Shown: positions 9,688-17,692 of the stretch, in pieces
Layout of the letters: every line of letters starts with the position of its first letter
How positions within the stretch are numbered: the stretch's first letter is position 1
The notes under the pieces: generated by a model
The model's input: the letters and a program-made list of their open reading frames with translations, nothing else
Databases searched by the model: none
What the model was told of the DNA's origin: nothing
Translations under genes and position numbers: made by a program
NCBI GenBank assembly: GCA_041674405.1
Contig: JBAYVT010000001.1
Coordinates: 90,001-122,000, forward strand
Direction: 5' to 3'
Source: Patescibacteria group bacterium
GTDB taxonomy: Bacteria; Patescibacteriota; UBA1384; XYA2-FULL-43-10
DNA length: 32,000 bases

Positions 9688-9706
9688 CTGGTCGGGGTGG
9701 TCGGAC
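9688..9706 (-). repeat. Detached copy of the tRNA-Pro 3' terminus (19-bp exact direct repeat of 9807-9825)
   Basis: + strand CTGGTCGGGGTGGTCGGAC at both places. Beyond the last base the tRNA continues TCGAACC, while this copy continues ATCTCACGCGGC. Confidence 0.9.
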
Positions 9707-9807
9707 ATCTCACGCGGCTTTGCCTTCTGGACACCCTCGGTTTCCAGATCCTTCCGACTGCGGAAAACTCCCGTTTTCCGACCCTTTCCCATTCTTGCCC
9801 GACATCC

Positions 9808-9884
9808 TGGTCGGGGTGGTCGGACTCGAACCGACGACCCCCGCGTCCCAAACGCGGTGCTCTAGCCAACTGAGCCACACCCCG
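9808..9884 (-). tRNA. tRNA-Pro(TGG)
   Basis: Acceptor CGGGGTG/CACCCCG, anticodon arm CCGCG-TTTGGGA-CGCGG, CCA encoded. Confidence 0.96.
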
Positions 9885-10030
9885 ATTAACAACAAAATTC
9901 CCTCTTGCAGTACCATAATATCATACACGAAATTGGTCATCTAGTCAATCAACCTTAACGGAAAAATTAAAGTAGAGACGATAACTAAAACGTACAAATT
10001 TTTAAAATGATAACGTGTTTTGAAACAAAG

Positions 10031-10059
10031 TTGACGTATTTAGTTTTTTGTGATATAAA
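10031..10059 (+). promoter_or_regulatory. Sigma70-like promoter upstream of the 10096 ORF
   Basis: TTGACG, 17-bp spacer, TATAAA. Confidence 0.7.
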
Positions 10060-10095
10060 AATTGCGACCACAGGCCCCTACACTAGAACAAGGAG

Positions 10096-10629
10096 ATGGC
10101 GCCAGTGCCAGTAATCAAAGGTCCCATTAGTCCCATGATGCGGCAACGGCTTGTGGAAGCCTTGTGCCGTGAGCTGACTCCGGAGATGTACCAGGCAGTC
10201 GCAATCAACCGCCTCCTCGGTTGTGTCGAGTCCCCGGTGGTATCGATCGGGGCCTCATCGGCTTTCCACGCCGAACACCCCGATGTGATCAAGGCTGTGC
10301 ACGAGATCGTAGCCAACACGGGAATACGCGTCTGCCATGGCGTGAACACGAGGCCAGACTTGCCGGAGATCGTCTACTACGCACCGAGAGACCTGTTCAG
10401 CCAGGCGTCCCAGGCGTTGGTGGTGGCGAACGTCGTATACAGCGCCGTCGCCATTCAGTGCGAGGTCACCAACTTGGCCGGAGAGCCGGCGTGGTACGCT
10501 GCAGCCCATAGCTGCCATGATGACCTGCTCCAGAGATTCGAGTGCACTATGCGTAACCTGCATAACCGCATCCTCGGCATGGAGTACTACTACGCATCGG
10601 GGATGAAGTTCGTCCCCAAAGCGGCCTAA
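10096..10629 (+). CDS. Hypothetical protein, GC-rich, no recognised family
   Basis: 177-aa ORF with promoter upstream and hairpin downstream. AAGGAG abuts the ATG at 10096, so the real start may be the in-frame GTG at 10105. Confidence 0.65.
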   Translation: MAPVPVIKGPISPMMRQRLVEALCRELTPEMYQAVAINRLLGCVESPVVSIGASSAFHAEHPDVIKAVHEIVANTGIRVCHGVNTRPDLPEIVYYAPRDLFSQASQALVVANVVYSAVAIQCEVTNLAGEPAWYAAAHSCHDDLLQRFECTMRNLHNRILGMEYYYASGMKFVPKAA

Positions 10630-10649
10630 CCACGGCCCACAACAACGAA

Positions 10650-10687
10650 CACTTCGGCCTCCCTTTGCGGGGAGGCCGAGTGCGTTT
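10650..10687 (+). terminator. Terminator-like hairpin after the GC-rich ORF
   Basis: CGGCCTCCC-TTTGCG-GGGAGGCCG, a 9-bp stem followed by AGTGCGTTTT. Confidence 0.65.
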
Positions 10688-10754
10688 TAGGGCGCTAGTT
10701 CGTAGCAAGTAGTCAGTAGTCCTTAGCTTTTAGATATTAGATATAAGTTTTTAG

Positions 10755-11489
10755 TTATTTTTCTCTATATACTCCCGCCCGGATGTTTTTGCGTACCTGC
10801 CAAGAATCTTTCATCATGCGCAAGCCATCTTTTATTGGGTTTACTAGTGAATGCGGATCATCATACCACGTAATACCGACTTCTTTAATTTTGAATCCAA
10901 ATTTTCTAGCAATGGCCAAAACTTCTATATCAAAACTCCATCGCTCAAAGGTTACCTTAGAAAACACACGTTCAGCTGCACGTTCGGAAAATAATTTAAA
11001 ACCACATTGGGTATCATGTATTCCAGAGATTGCTGTAGCACGAATCACCAGATTGATCGCTCTGCCTCCCATTTTTCGTACAAATGATTGTGGAATCGCT
11101 AACTTGCCACCTTCAACATAGCGTGAACCGATTACGACATCATAATCTTTTACATATTCCAAAAGCTTTTCGACCTGTTCAACGGGCGTTGAGTTGTCCG
11201 CATCGGCAAAAAGCCTGTATTTGCCATGGGATTTAAGCATACCCTCTCGCACGGTGTATCCCTTTCCCTTATTCTCTTTTCGATCGATGATTACAAGATT
11301 TTTCAGCCGATCATCAAATTCATGAGCTTTTTCTGCTGTGTTGTCCGGTGCACCATCGACTACTACGACTGTTTCGATTTTATAATCAACTTTGTTTTCT
11401 AACTTCTCTATTGCCCCAAGAACTTTGTGAATGCGATGTGATTCTTTGTAGGCGGGAATAATGATTGATAGATAAAATTCTTCCGACAT
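10755..11489 (-). CDS. Glycosyltransferase family 2, dolichyl-phosphate beta-glucosyltransferase (ALG5)-like
   Basis: LSIIIPAYKESHRIHKVLGAI, DGAPDNTAEKAHEF, NKGKGYTVREGML, LFADADNSTPVEQVEKLL, IGSRYVEGG, DTQCGFKLFSERAAERVF. Start moved to MSEEF; the ORF track extends to 11531. Confidence 0.88.
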   Translation of the reverse strand: MSEEFYLSIIIPAYKESHRIHKVLGAIEKLENKVDYKIETVVVVDGAPDNTAEKAHEFDDRLKNLVIIDRKENKGKGYTVREGMLKSHGKYRLFADADNSTPVEQVEKLLEYVKDYDVVIGSRYVEGGKLAIPQSFVRKMGGRAINLVIRATAISGIHDTQCGFKLFSERAAERVFSKVTFERWSFDIEVLAIARKFGFKIKEVGITWYDDPHSLVNPIKDGLRMMKDSWQVRKNIRAGVYREK

Positions 11490-11496
11490 AACTACC

Positions 11497-13329
11497 CTAA
11501 TTATTGTTAATAATAATGTTGCTGCGATCAATTGTTAGGCTTCCTGGCAGATCAGTGTGAGTGATTGGATAAGGTGATTCTGGCGGATTTTCATTCAAAT
11601 CCTGTGGGGTAATATGGAAAACCAATATAGACCCGCCGATTTCAGCAGTCGGAGTGAAATTATCCAGCCAATCGTATGACCACTTGCCCTCTTGTGGCCC
11701 GTAAAGTTTCGATGACTGGTAATAAGTCGCGGAAACTGCTAGCCAGCCGGTGGCTGGCCCATATGAGCTGTGCCAATCCTCAGCCTGCGGAATATAATAT
11801 TGTGGCACTGAGCCGCCAAAATAATCAACCTTGATAGCATCGATATTGTTTTCATCCACATAATCTTTCAATCTTAGCAAATCTTGGCCCCAATCAAGCG
11901 ATGAGTCTGTCATGTATTCATATCGTTTATCTCGAGGTACGACGTTATTAAAATAGGCTATATATTGCGGATAGTACGAAAGAACATCAACAATAAGCCA
12001 GGCAGAAAGGCCAAAAATCACAATCGATTGAGTGGTCCAAAATGGCTTATTCAAATATCGTTGCATTTGCTTGGCGATAAATAAAACCATAAATGGAACG
12101 GTCGGCATAAGATGCCTGATGCCGATATTTAATTGACCCTTGAGCGTGAAAGCCCAGTAAACCACAATCGGAGTCAATAAAAGCCAATTTTCCCAAAGGT
12201 CTTTTTTGTTTTTTGTTCTGAACACTATTGCCGTAATAATCGACCAAAAAACTAAAATGATTATTGGGATGGGAGTTTTTATGAGCCAGGCTACAGGGAA
12301 AAACCAGCTAATGCTTTTATCTGAAAGGTTGCCGAGAATATATACCGCATTACCACCCTCAACTCTTTTCAAGACCAACATTACTCCTAAAAGATAATGG
12401 CCAAGAGCGCGAGTAAAAGGATTATTTTCAAAATGATGCAAAAAGTTTCGAAAAACAAGGGTGCTTGGATTGGATGTTAGATTGCTCTCGATAACCTGGT
12501 GTTCGATTGCCGGTGGCGTATTCCATACAAAGGGGATATAAACAATGGTTACGATGACCAGAGAGATTGCGCAAGTCCAAAAATATGATTTGAAATAGCT
12601 CCAGAATTTGGGCCAAAATCTTACCTCATCTGTACGATCCATAAATGCTCGGGCGATAACAAGAATTAAAAAGATGGCAAATAATAAAAAGGCTGAAAAT
12701 TTTAGTAGTTGCGCTAAGGCAAACGCTGCAGCTGCCCACAAAAGCGAGGCAAACGTCCGCCGCTCCAGTAATTTATCAAAAGCAAATATAGCGATCAGAT
12801 ACCCAAATGCAGCTGCGATATCGGTGGTAACAAGTCCGCCGTGGCCCAAAATATCCGGATAAAAAGCAATCAACAAGAGAGCAAATAGCCCGGCTTTCCG
12901 CCCCCATGATTTTTTTGCCCAAGTAAAAAGTAAGACTGCAAGCCCAAGCATCAATAAAAGCATCGGAAGGCGCGACCAAAAAAGGATGGTTTTGGGATTG
13001 TTTCCTGCCTCATAAAGAAAATACCAGCCAGATTCCCACTGGTTAATTGCATCCCAGCTCCAATCGGCTTTCAGCCCATTTAATTTGAGAAATGTGAGAG
13101 GAACCCCAGCCAATGCCTTGGCGATCGGCGGATGCTCCGGATTGAGGCGGTAATCATGATATTTGTCATAAGAATATCCAGCCGGAATGTGTGCAATTTC
13201 ATCAACTATTCCGGAGTTTCCCATAGCAGAGAAAAGAGCAATTATAAACATCGAAAGCAATATGACGCCAGCAAGAAGAATGGTGATGAAATTTTTATCG
13301 GATTTTGTAAGTTTGGCTAAGGTTGACAT
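11497..13329 (-). CDS. Polytopic membrane glycosyltransferase, GT39/ArnT (PMT-like) family
   Basis: 610 aa with many TM segments and the N-terminal motif DEIAHIPAGYSYDKYHDYRLNPEHPPIAKALAGVPL; C-terminal LTDSSLDWGQDLLRLKDYV is typical of this class. Confidence 0.85.
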   Translation of the reverse strand: MSTLAKLTKSDKNFITILLAGVILLSMFIIALFSAMGNSGIVDEIAHIPAGYSYDKYHDYRLNPEHPPIAKALAGVPLTFLKLNGLKADWSWDAINQWESGWYFLYEAGNNPKTILFWSRLPMLLLMLGLAVLLFTWAKKSWGRKAGLFALLLIAFYPDILGHGGLVTTDIAAAFGYLIAIFAFDKLLERRTFASLLWAAAAFALAQLLKFSAFLLFAIFLILVIARAFMDRTDEVRFWPKFWSYFKSYFWTCAISLVIVTIVYIPFVWNTPPAIEHQVIESNLTSNPSTLVFRNFLHHFENNPFTRALGHYLLGVMLVLKRVEGGNAVYILGNLSDKSISWFFPVAWLIKTPIPIIILVFWSIITAIVFRTKNKKDLWENWLLLTPIVVYWAFTLKGQLNIGIRHLMPTVPFMVLFIAKQMQRYLNKPFWTTQSIVIFGLSAWLIVDVLSYYPQYIAYFNNVVPRDKRYEYMTDSSLDWGQDLLRLKDYVDENNIDAIKVDYFGGSVPQYYIPQAEDWHSSYGPATGWLAVSATYYQSSKLYGPQEGKWSYDWLDNFTPTAEIGGSILVFHITPQDLNENPPESPYPITHTDLPGSLTIDRSNIIINNN

Positions 13330-13337
13330 AAGTACCT

Positions 13338-13775
13338 CTACTTTCTATATGTCCATAATTTATTGGCAAAGAAATTCCAGAGTGTTGCAGCGCCAGATGC
13401 AAAGATCAGAGCGACAATGTCACGGCTTGAGAATTTACCAATTGTTGCACGAAATACAACATAATTAACACCCCAGCCGATCAATGAAACAATAAAAAAT
13501 TTAAAAAATATTGCGCTTTTAGTCCCAATCTCGCCATTTTTACCGACTGATTTCTGGTATTCTTTTTTGAAGGTCCAAATCGTATTCCATATATATGAAT
13601 TTATGACGGCGACAACAAAAGAAATCGCTTTGGCAATCGACTTTTCAAGAGTTTCTGTAAGTAGCGTATTGATAAGAATATAGTAAACAATCCAATCAAC
13701 AGCAGTATTCGAGACTCCGACAACGGCAAACTTAACAAACTGAATAAGCCCTCTGCTCCCCTCACTTTTTTTCAT
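13338..13775 (-). CDS. GtrA family membrane protein
   Basis: FVKFAVVGVSNTAVDWIVYYIL ... AKAISFVVAVINSYIWNTIWTF, four predicted TM helices. Confidence 0.88.
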   Translation of the reverse strand: MKKSEGSRGLIQFVKFAVVGVSNTAVDWIVYYILINTLLTETLEKSIAKAISFVVAVINSYIWNTIWTFKKEYQKSVGKNGEIGTKSAIFFKFFIVSLIGWGVNYVVFRATIGKFSSRDIVALIFASGAATLWNFFANKLWTYRK

Positions 13776-13790
13776 AACGCTCCATTCCTA

Positions 13791-15308
13791 TTATTGCGCC
13801 AGCTCAGATTCAATACTGGTGCGCTTCGTTGATTTTATTGTCACTCTAAATTCTAGATATTTTCCGAGCATAAGTCTAGTCTGTGATTCAAGAGCAGGAA
13901 TGGCCGAGAAAGCAATGCTGGTAATAGGCATCACAATCGGCGTTAGGATCCAGTCCAAGAAAATCCTTCGGATTGGTTTCTTGCCTCTATATGGTGGGAC
14001 CAGCAAAGTTGAGATTGTGAGAGTGACGATCATACCGATCCATGCAATATATAAAATTCTTCTATAAATAAATGGAAAATAGAAGGCCATTACCGTTTCT
14101 TTGAAAGAACCGTTCAATACAAGCGGATACCAAGACGCCGTTGCCAAAATGATTGAGGCCGTTGACCACGATACATGCGACTCCCAGAGTATTAGAGCAT
14201 TTGACCAGCGATCTATCCAATGGATTTTTTTGTCCTTGATAGTGTGTTCCATCACATATGGTATATCGGAAACCCCCCAAGACCATCTTCGTTTCTGGAG
14301 ATACTGCTCTTTGATCGTTGATTTCATATCTCCGGCCAAGATTGCATCCTGATAAATCGGAGTGTACAGCGGGACAACATCATGGTCGCCATTGAAACGA
14401 TAATAGCTTCTCCAAAACTGATGGCCGTCCTCAACAACAGATTGCTTTGACCAGAAATCAGTCATTTCCAGCGCAGCCATACTTTGAGCTTGTGCAGAAA
14501 AATTGCGCAAGCGCGAAGGCCTGGTAGCCACGATAAGCTGCCAAAAAGATGAACCCATCGCAATCAGCCTCATCGGCATCGGCACATCCCAAATATTGTT
14601 GAAAAACATCGGTAATGGCTGAAAACTTTTATGAATCGGATCAGGATCAGTAAGATACAAATAAGTGAGGCAGGGCAAATAATTTTTGTCCATTCTGTGA
14701 TCGGCATCCATATTGGTCACGATAACATTGTCCAAGGGAATATTCTTTTTCTTGAAATATTCAAGCATGATTTTGCCAGAATACGTGATATTTGGCCCTT
14801 TGCCAATAATCTCGTTTGGCATATCTTTCGGGTGCATTATAACCAAATAATCTGCAACTTTATCTTTATATTTTTCAGTAAGGATTTTTCCGTATGGCTC
14901 TGCTTGCTCTTTGGCGCGTTCCTCAATTGCCAAAACGTAAACGACTTTGTCCATTGGATAGTTTGATTGATAAACAGATTGGATGGAGTGTTCAAGTATG
15001 GCGATGTCTTCTTTGTATGTTGGCACGATCACAAGGTGCCATATATCCTTGTAACTCTTGTCTGGCGGAAGCTGCTTCAATTTGGCGAACCAATCAATCT
15101 TTGTGTCTTTTCTGTAGTTTTTATAACCCAAAATGAGCCTGTATGACATAAAGAATGTGCGCACAAGCCAGAACGTGACATAAAACAGAAGCACTATCGC
15201 CAAAAACCTTGGGGCATAATAAGCCAGAAACAATGGGGATATAATCACAACCCAGGCAATCGCGCCAGGTAAAATTTCAAAAAATCGTTTGTATTTCCAG
15301 TTTGACAT
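13791..15308 (-). CDS. Membrane glycosyltransferase family 2-like protein
   Basis: HLVIVPTYKEDIAILEHSIQSVYQSNYP, TNMDADHRMDKNYL, QKRRWSWG, plus N- and C-terminal TM helices. Confidence 0.83.
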   Translation of the reverse strand: MSNWKYKRFFEILPGAIAWVVIISPLFLAYYAPRFLAIVLLFYVTFWLVRTFFMSYRLILGYKNYRKDTKIDWFAKLKQLPPDKSYKDIWHLVIVPTYKEDIAILEHSIQSVYQSNYPMDKVVYVLAIEERAKEQAEPYGKILTEKYKDKVADYLVIMHPKDMPNEIIGKGPNITYSGKIMLEYFKKKNIPLDNVIVTNMDADHRMDKNYLPCLTYLYLTDPDPIHKSFQPLPMFFNNIWDVPMPMRLIAMGSSFWQLIVATRPSRLRNFSAQAQSMAALEMTDFWSKQSVVEDGHQFWRSYYRFNGDHDVVPLYTPIYQDAILAGDMKSTIKEQYLQKRRWSWGVSDIPYVMEHTIKDKKIHWIDRWSNALILWESHVSWSTASIILATASWYPLVLNGSFKETVMAFYFPFIYRRILYIAWIGMIVTLTISTLLVPPYRGKKPIRRIFLDWILTPIVMPITSIAFSAIPALESQTRLMLGKYLEFRVTIKSTKRTSIESELAQ

Positions 15309-15631
15309 TATTTATTCCCATAAATGTAGAACATTTCCAGCACGAAGATAAATATACTATAAAATGGCAATGCACCCAAAAGAAGATGAGAAATATGTTC
15401 GTCTTTTTTATACGAATATATGGATAATATAAGATGCAATATTAATATTACCAGAAGAAGTTGAATTGGATAATAGTTCAGGCGAGTATATACAAAAATA
15501 CCATTATCTGTAATTCCTTTTGTCCAAATGAAATATTCGATAATCCCAGAAACTGCGGCAACAATGACAAAATATCGATTGAATAAATCGTTCCAAAGGC
15601 AATTTTTAATGTTTTCAAATAATATTTTCAT
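15308..15631 (-). CDS. Small hypothetical membrane protein
   Basis: 107 aa, three hydrophobic segments, abutting the upstream end of the GT2-like gene. Confidence 0.6.
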   Translation of the reverse strand: MKILFENIKNCLWNDLFNRYFVIVAAVSGIIEYFIWTKGITDNGIFVYTRLNYYPIQLLLVILILHLILSIYSYKKDEHISHLLLGALPFYSIFIFVLEMFYIYGNK

Positions 15632-15637
15632 ATTGTT

Positions 15638-15713
15638 TGGAGCCGAAACCGGGAGTCGAACCCGGGACCTTCACTTTACGAAAGTGCTGCTCTACCAACT
15701 GAGCTATTTCGGC
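15638..15713 (-). tRNA. tRNA-Thr(CGT)
   Basis: Acceptor GCCGAAA/TTTCGGC, anticodon loop TTCGTAA, CCA encoded. Confidence 0.94.
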
Positions 15714-15984
15714 AATAGGCGACTAACAGGCGGGCGAAAGCATTGCTCTATCGACTGAGACCCGAAGGGTACCCTTTCCCGAAGGAAAGACCCAACGGGT
15801 AGCCATTGGCTCCTTTGGCTTGGGTCTACGCTGGCGAATCAAAAATCCCCTCATAATTCACTCATAAAGATAGCAAATATTAGGGGATTACACAATGCAT
15901 TTGTAGCTCCTCGACAAACTCGGGGTAAACAGTTACCCCAATTTCGCGATTACGTTCCGCGGGGCAGCCAGAATTGATATTGTT

Positions 15985-16058
15985 TGGAGCGGGATACCGG
16001 AATCGAACCGGCGACTTATCCTTGGGAAGGACACATTTTACCACTAAACTAATCCCGC
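15985..16058 (-). tRNA. tRNA-Gly(CCC)
   Basis: Acceptor GCGGGAT/ATCCCGC, anticodon arm TGTCC-TTCCCAA-GGATA, CCA encoded. Confidence 0.94.
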
Positions 16059-16276
16059 ATTAACGCATTCTGCTTCAAACCGCTCGAAATAGACGAAGTG
16101 AAGCAGGTCAACTAAACTAATCTGTGCTAGCAATAAAACACTTTATCTAAATCTCAGCTATTTTTCAACTATGGTTTATATATTATTGTTAGAAGTCCTA
16201 ATTATTTTATTCAAAGGTAATGGTATAGTTAACCTTAGAATAAATTCAATTATTATTTTAACGGGAGGAGATGAAA

Positions 16277-16444
16277 ATGCCAACAAAAGCAGGAATCAAA
16301 AGACGCGGATTTGCATCTATGAGCCTAGAAAAACGGAAGAAAATTGCCAGCATGGGCGGCAAAGCCTCCCATGCCAAGGGTACAGCTCATGAATTCACAC
16401 CCGAGGAAGCTAGAATCGCCGGGCGCAAAGGCGGACTGAAGTAG
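16277..16444 (+). CDS. Small KGG-motif (YciG/Con-10-like) stress protein
   Basis: MPTKAGIKRRGFASMSLEKRKKIASMGGKASHAKGTAHEFTPEEARIAGRKGGLK, preceded by GGGAGGAG. Absent from the ORF track, probably because of its short length. Confidence 0.85.
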   Translation: MPTKAGIKRRGFASMSLEKRKKIASMGGKASHAKGTAHEFTPEEARIAGRKGGLK

Positions 16445-16551
16445 CTGCAATTTTGATTTTTTAAATAAAAATTAATGATCAATTTTGAAAAAGTTGATAG
16501 GGATTTTTTTGTGTTGTAAAATAATAAAAAGAATAATAAAGAAGGGAGAAG

Positions 16552-16758
16552 ATGGAGACAAGGAAACTAAACTGGGTGCTGACACTTGTTTTGTCAATCA
16601 TTGTCGGGCAGCTAGGCGTGGACAGATTTATGATGGGACAAGTGGGGCTGGGAATTTTGAAATTAATCACTGCCGGTGGCTGTGGCATATGGTGGATTAT
16701 AGATATCATCCTTATTGCAACAAAGCACCCGTTCCCCGGAATTGAATGGGAAGCTTAA
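16552..16758 (+). CDS. TM2 domain-containing protein
   Basis: LNWVLTLVLSIIVGQLGVDRFMMGQVGLGILKLITAGGCGIWWIIDIILIAT matches the TM2 pattern. GGGAGAAG lies upstream. Confidence 0.88.
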   Translation: METRKLNWVLTLVLSIIVGQLGVDRFMMGQVGLGILKLITAGGCGIWWIIDIILIATKHPFPGIEWEA

Positions 16759-16759
16759 T

Positions 16760-17137
16760 TTTTTGAAAAAAATAATTTCTAAATTTATTGAAATTATATC
16801 AATGGGAACGCCACAAAGCGTTCTCATTGTTTTATCGTCTATTCTGATAGTCGAGGCCGCGGTCCCGGAAAACTTTTGGTTCAATAATTCACTATGGCAT
16901 TGCCCGATACAACGATTTATTATGCCTCTATTTTTCGGCAGCCATTGTCCTTCCTCAGGATTTTTTGTCGGCTGCCGCTGCCCAGGTTGTGGGATGACCC
17001 ATGCGTTATCGGCCTTGATGCATGGTAATTTGCATGCTGCAATTGACTATAACATTCTTGTGGTTCCCTTGTCTTTGGTTGTGCTGTATTTGATAATTTC
17101 AAGCATAATCCACTTATATAAAATTACCCGACAATAA
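16760..17137 (+). CDS. DUF2752-like membrane protein
   Basis: CRCPGCGMTHALSALMHGNLHAAIDYN motif. The start is uncertain: the frame opens inside the TM2 gene, and a non-ATG start near 16760 or the ATG at about 16802 are both possible. Confidence 0.75.
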   Translation, partial: FLKKIISKFIEIISMGTPQSVLIVLSSILIVEAAVPENFWFNNSLWHCPIQRFIMPLFFGSHCPSSGFFVGCRCPGCGMTHALSALMHGNLHAAIDYNILVVPLSLVVLYLIISSIIHLYKITRQ

Positions 17138-17191
17138 TTTCGACTTCAATAATGATAACTTTTTTCAAATCAAAAACTTTCATTCCGACCA

Positions 17192-17238
17192 AACGTAACA
17201 ATTCTTCCGCGGTCACGGAAGAATTGTTACGTTTTTTA
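17192..17238 (+). terminator. Strong intrinsic terminator
   Basis: AACGTAACAATTCTTCCG-CGGTCA-CGGAAGAATTGTTACGTT, an 18-bp perfect stem with T-run. Confidence 0.93.
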
Positions 17239-17355
17239 TTGTCATTTGTATTAAAATAGTTTTTTTGAAAAATCAGTTATAATATTTATATAGTATTTTT
17301 CATAGAATATTCAGAACAATAATTTATAAAATAATTTTAATTCACTGGAGGCACA

Positions 17356-17679
17356 ATGAAGCGTGGAATTGAAAGAGGCGGTGTGTCCGCCGACGAGCTA
17401 AGCGAATACGAAGAAATGGGTGTTCCAGAACCAGACAATCCGGTTTCGCGACAATTAGCAAAAGGGGAACAGATAGAAGGCACACAAAACCCGGGAAGAC
17501 CAATATCACACGAATTACAACAAAGAGCTGCCGAAGCTCAAGTTGAAACTGCCGAGCACACAGAAGAGATAACGAGAGAACAGGAGCGCGCTCGCGAAGA
17601 AGAACAAAGACGCATTGCGGAGGTTCGCAGCAGCATCGAGGCAACGCCCGAGAGTGACGGCCCCATAGAAGAAAATTAA
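17356..17679 (+). CDS. Hypothetical charged, low-complexity protein
   Basis: 107 aa, rich in Glu/Arg/Gln, GGAGG Shine-Dalgarno upstream. Confidence 0.65.
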   Translation: MKRGIERGGVSADELSEYEEMGVPEPDNPVSRQLAKGEQIEGTQNPGRPISHELQQRAAEAQVETAEHTEEITREQERAREEEQRRIAEVRSSIEATPESDGPIEEN

Positions 17680-17692
17680 CTTTTTATTTAAC

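Noticed and set aside
9688-9706. Reading the 9688-9706 copy as the end of a complete second tRNA-Pro
   Set aside because: No anticodon or D-arm is found upstream of it in tRNA orientation, and the T-loop is broken after position 58.
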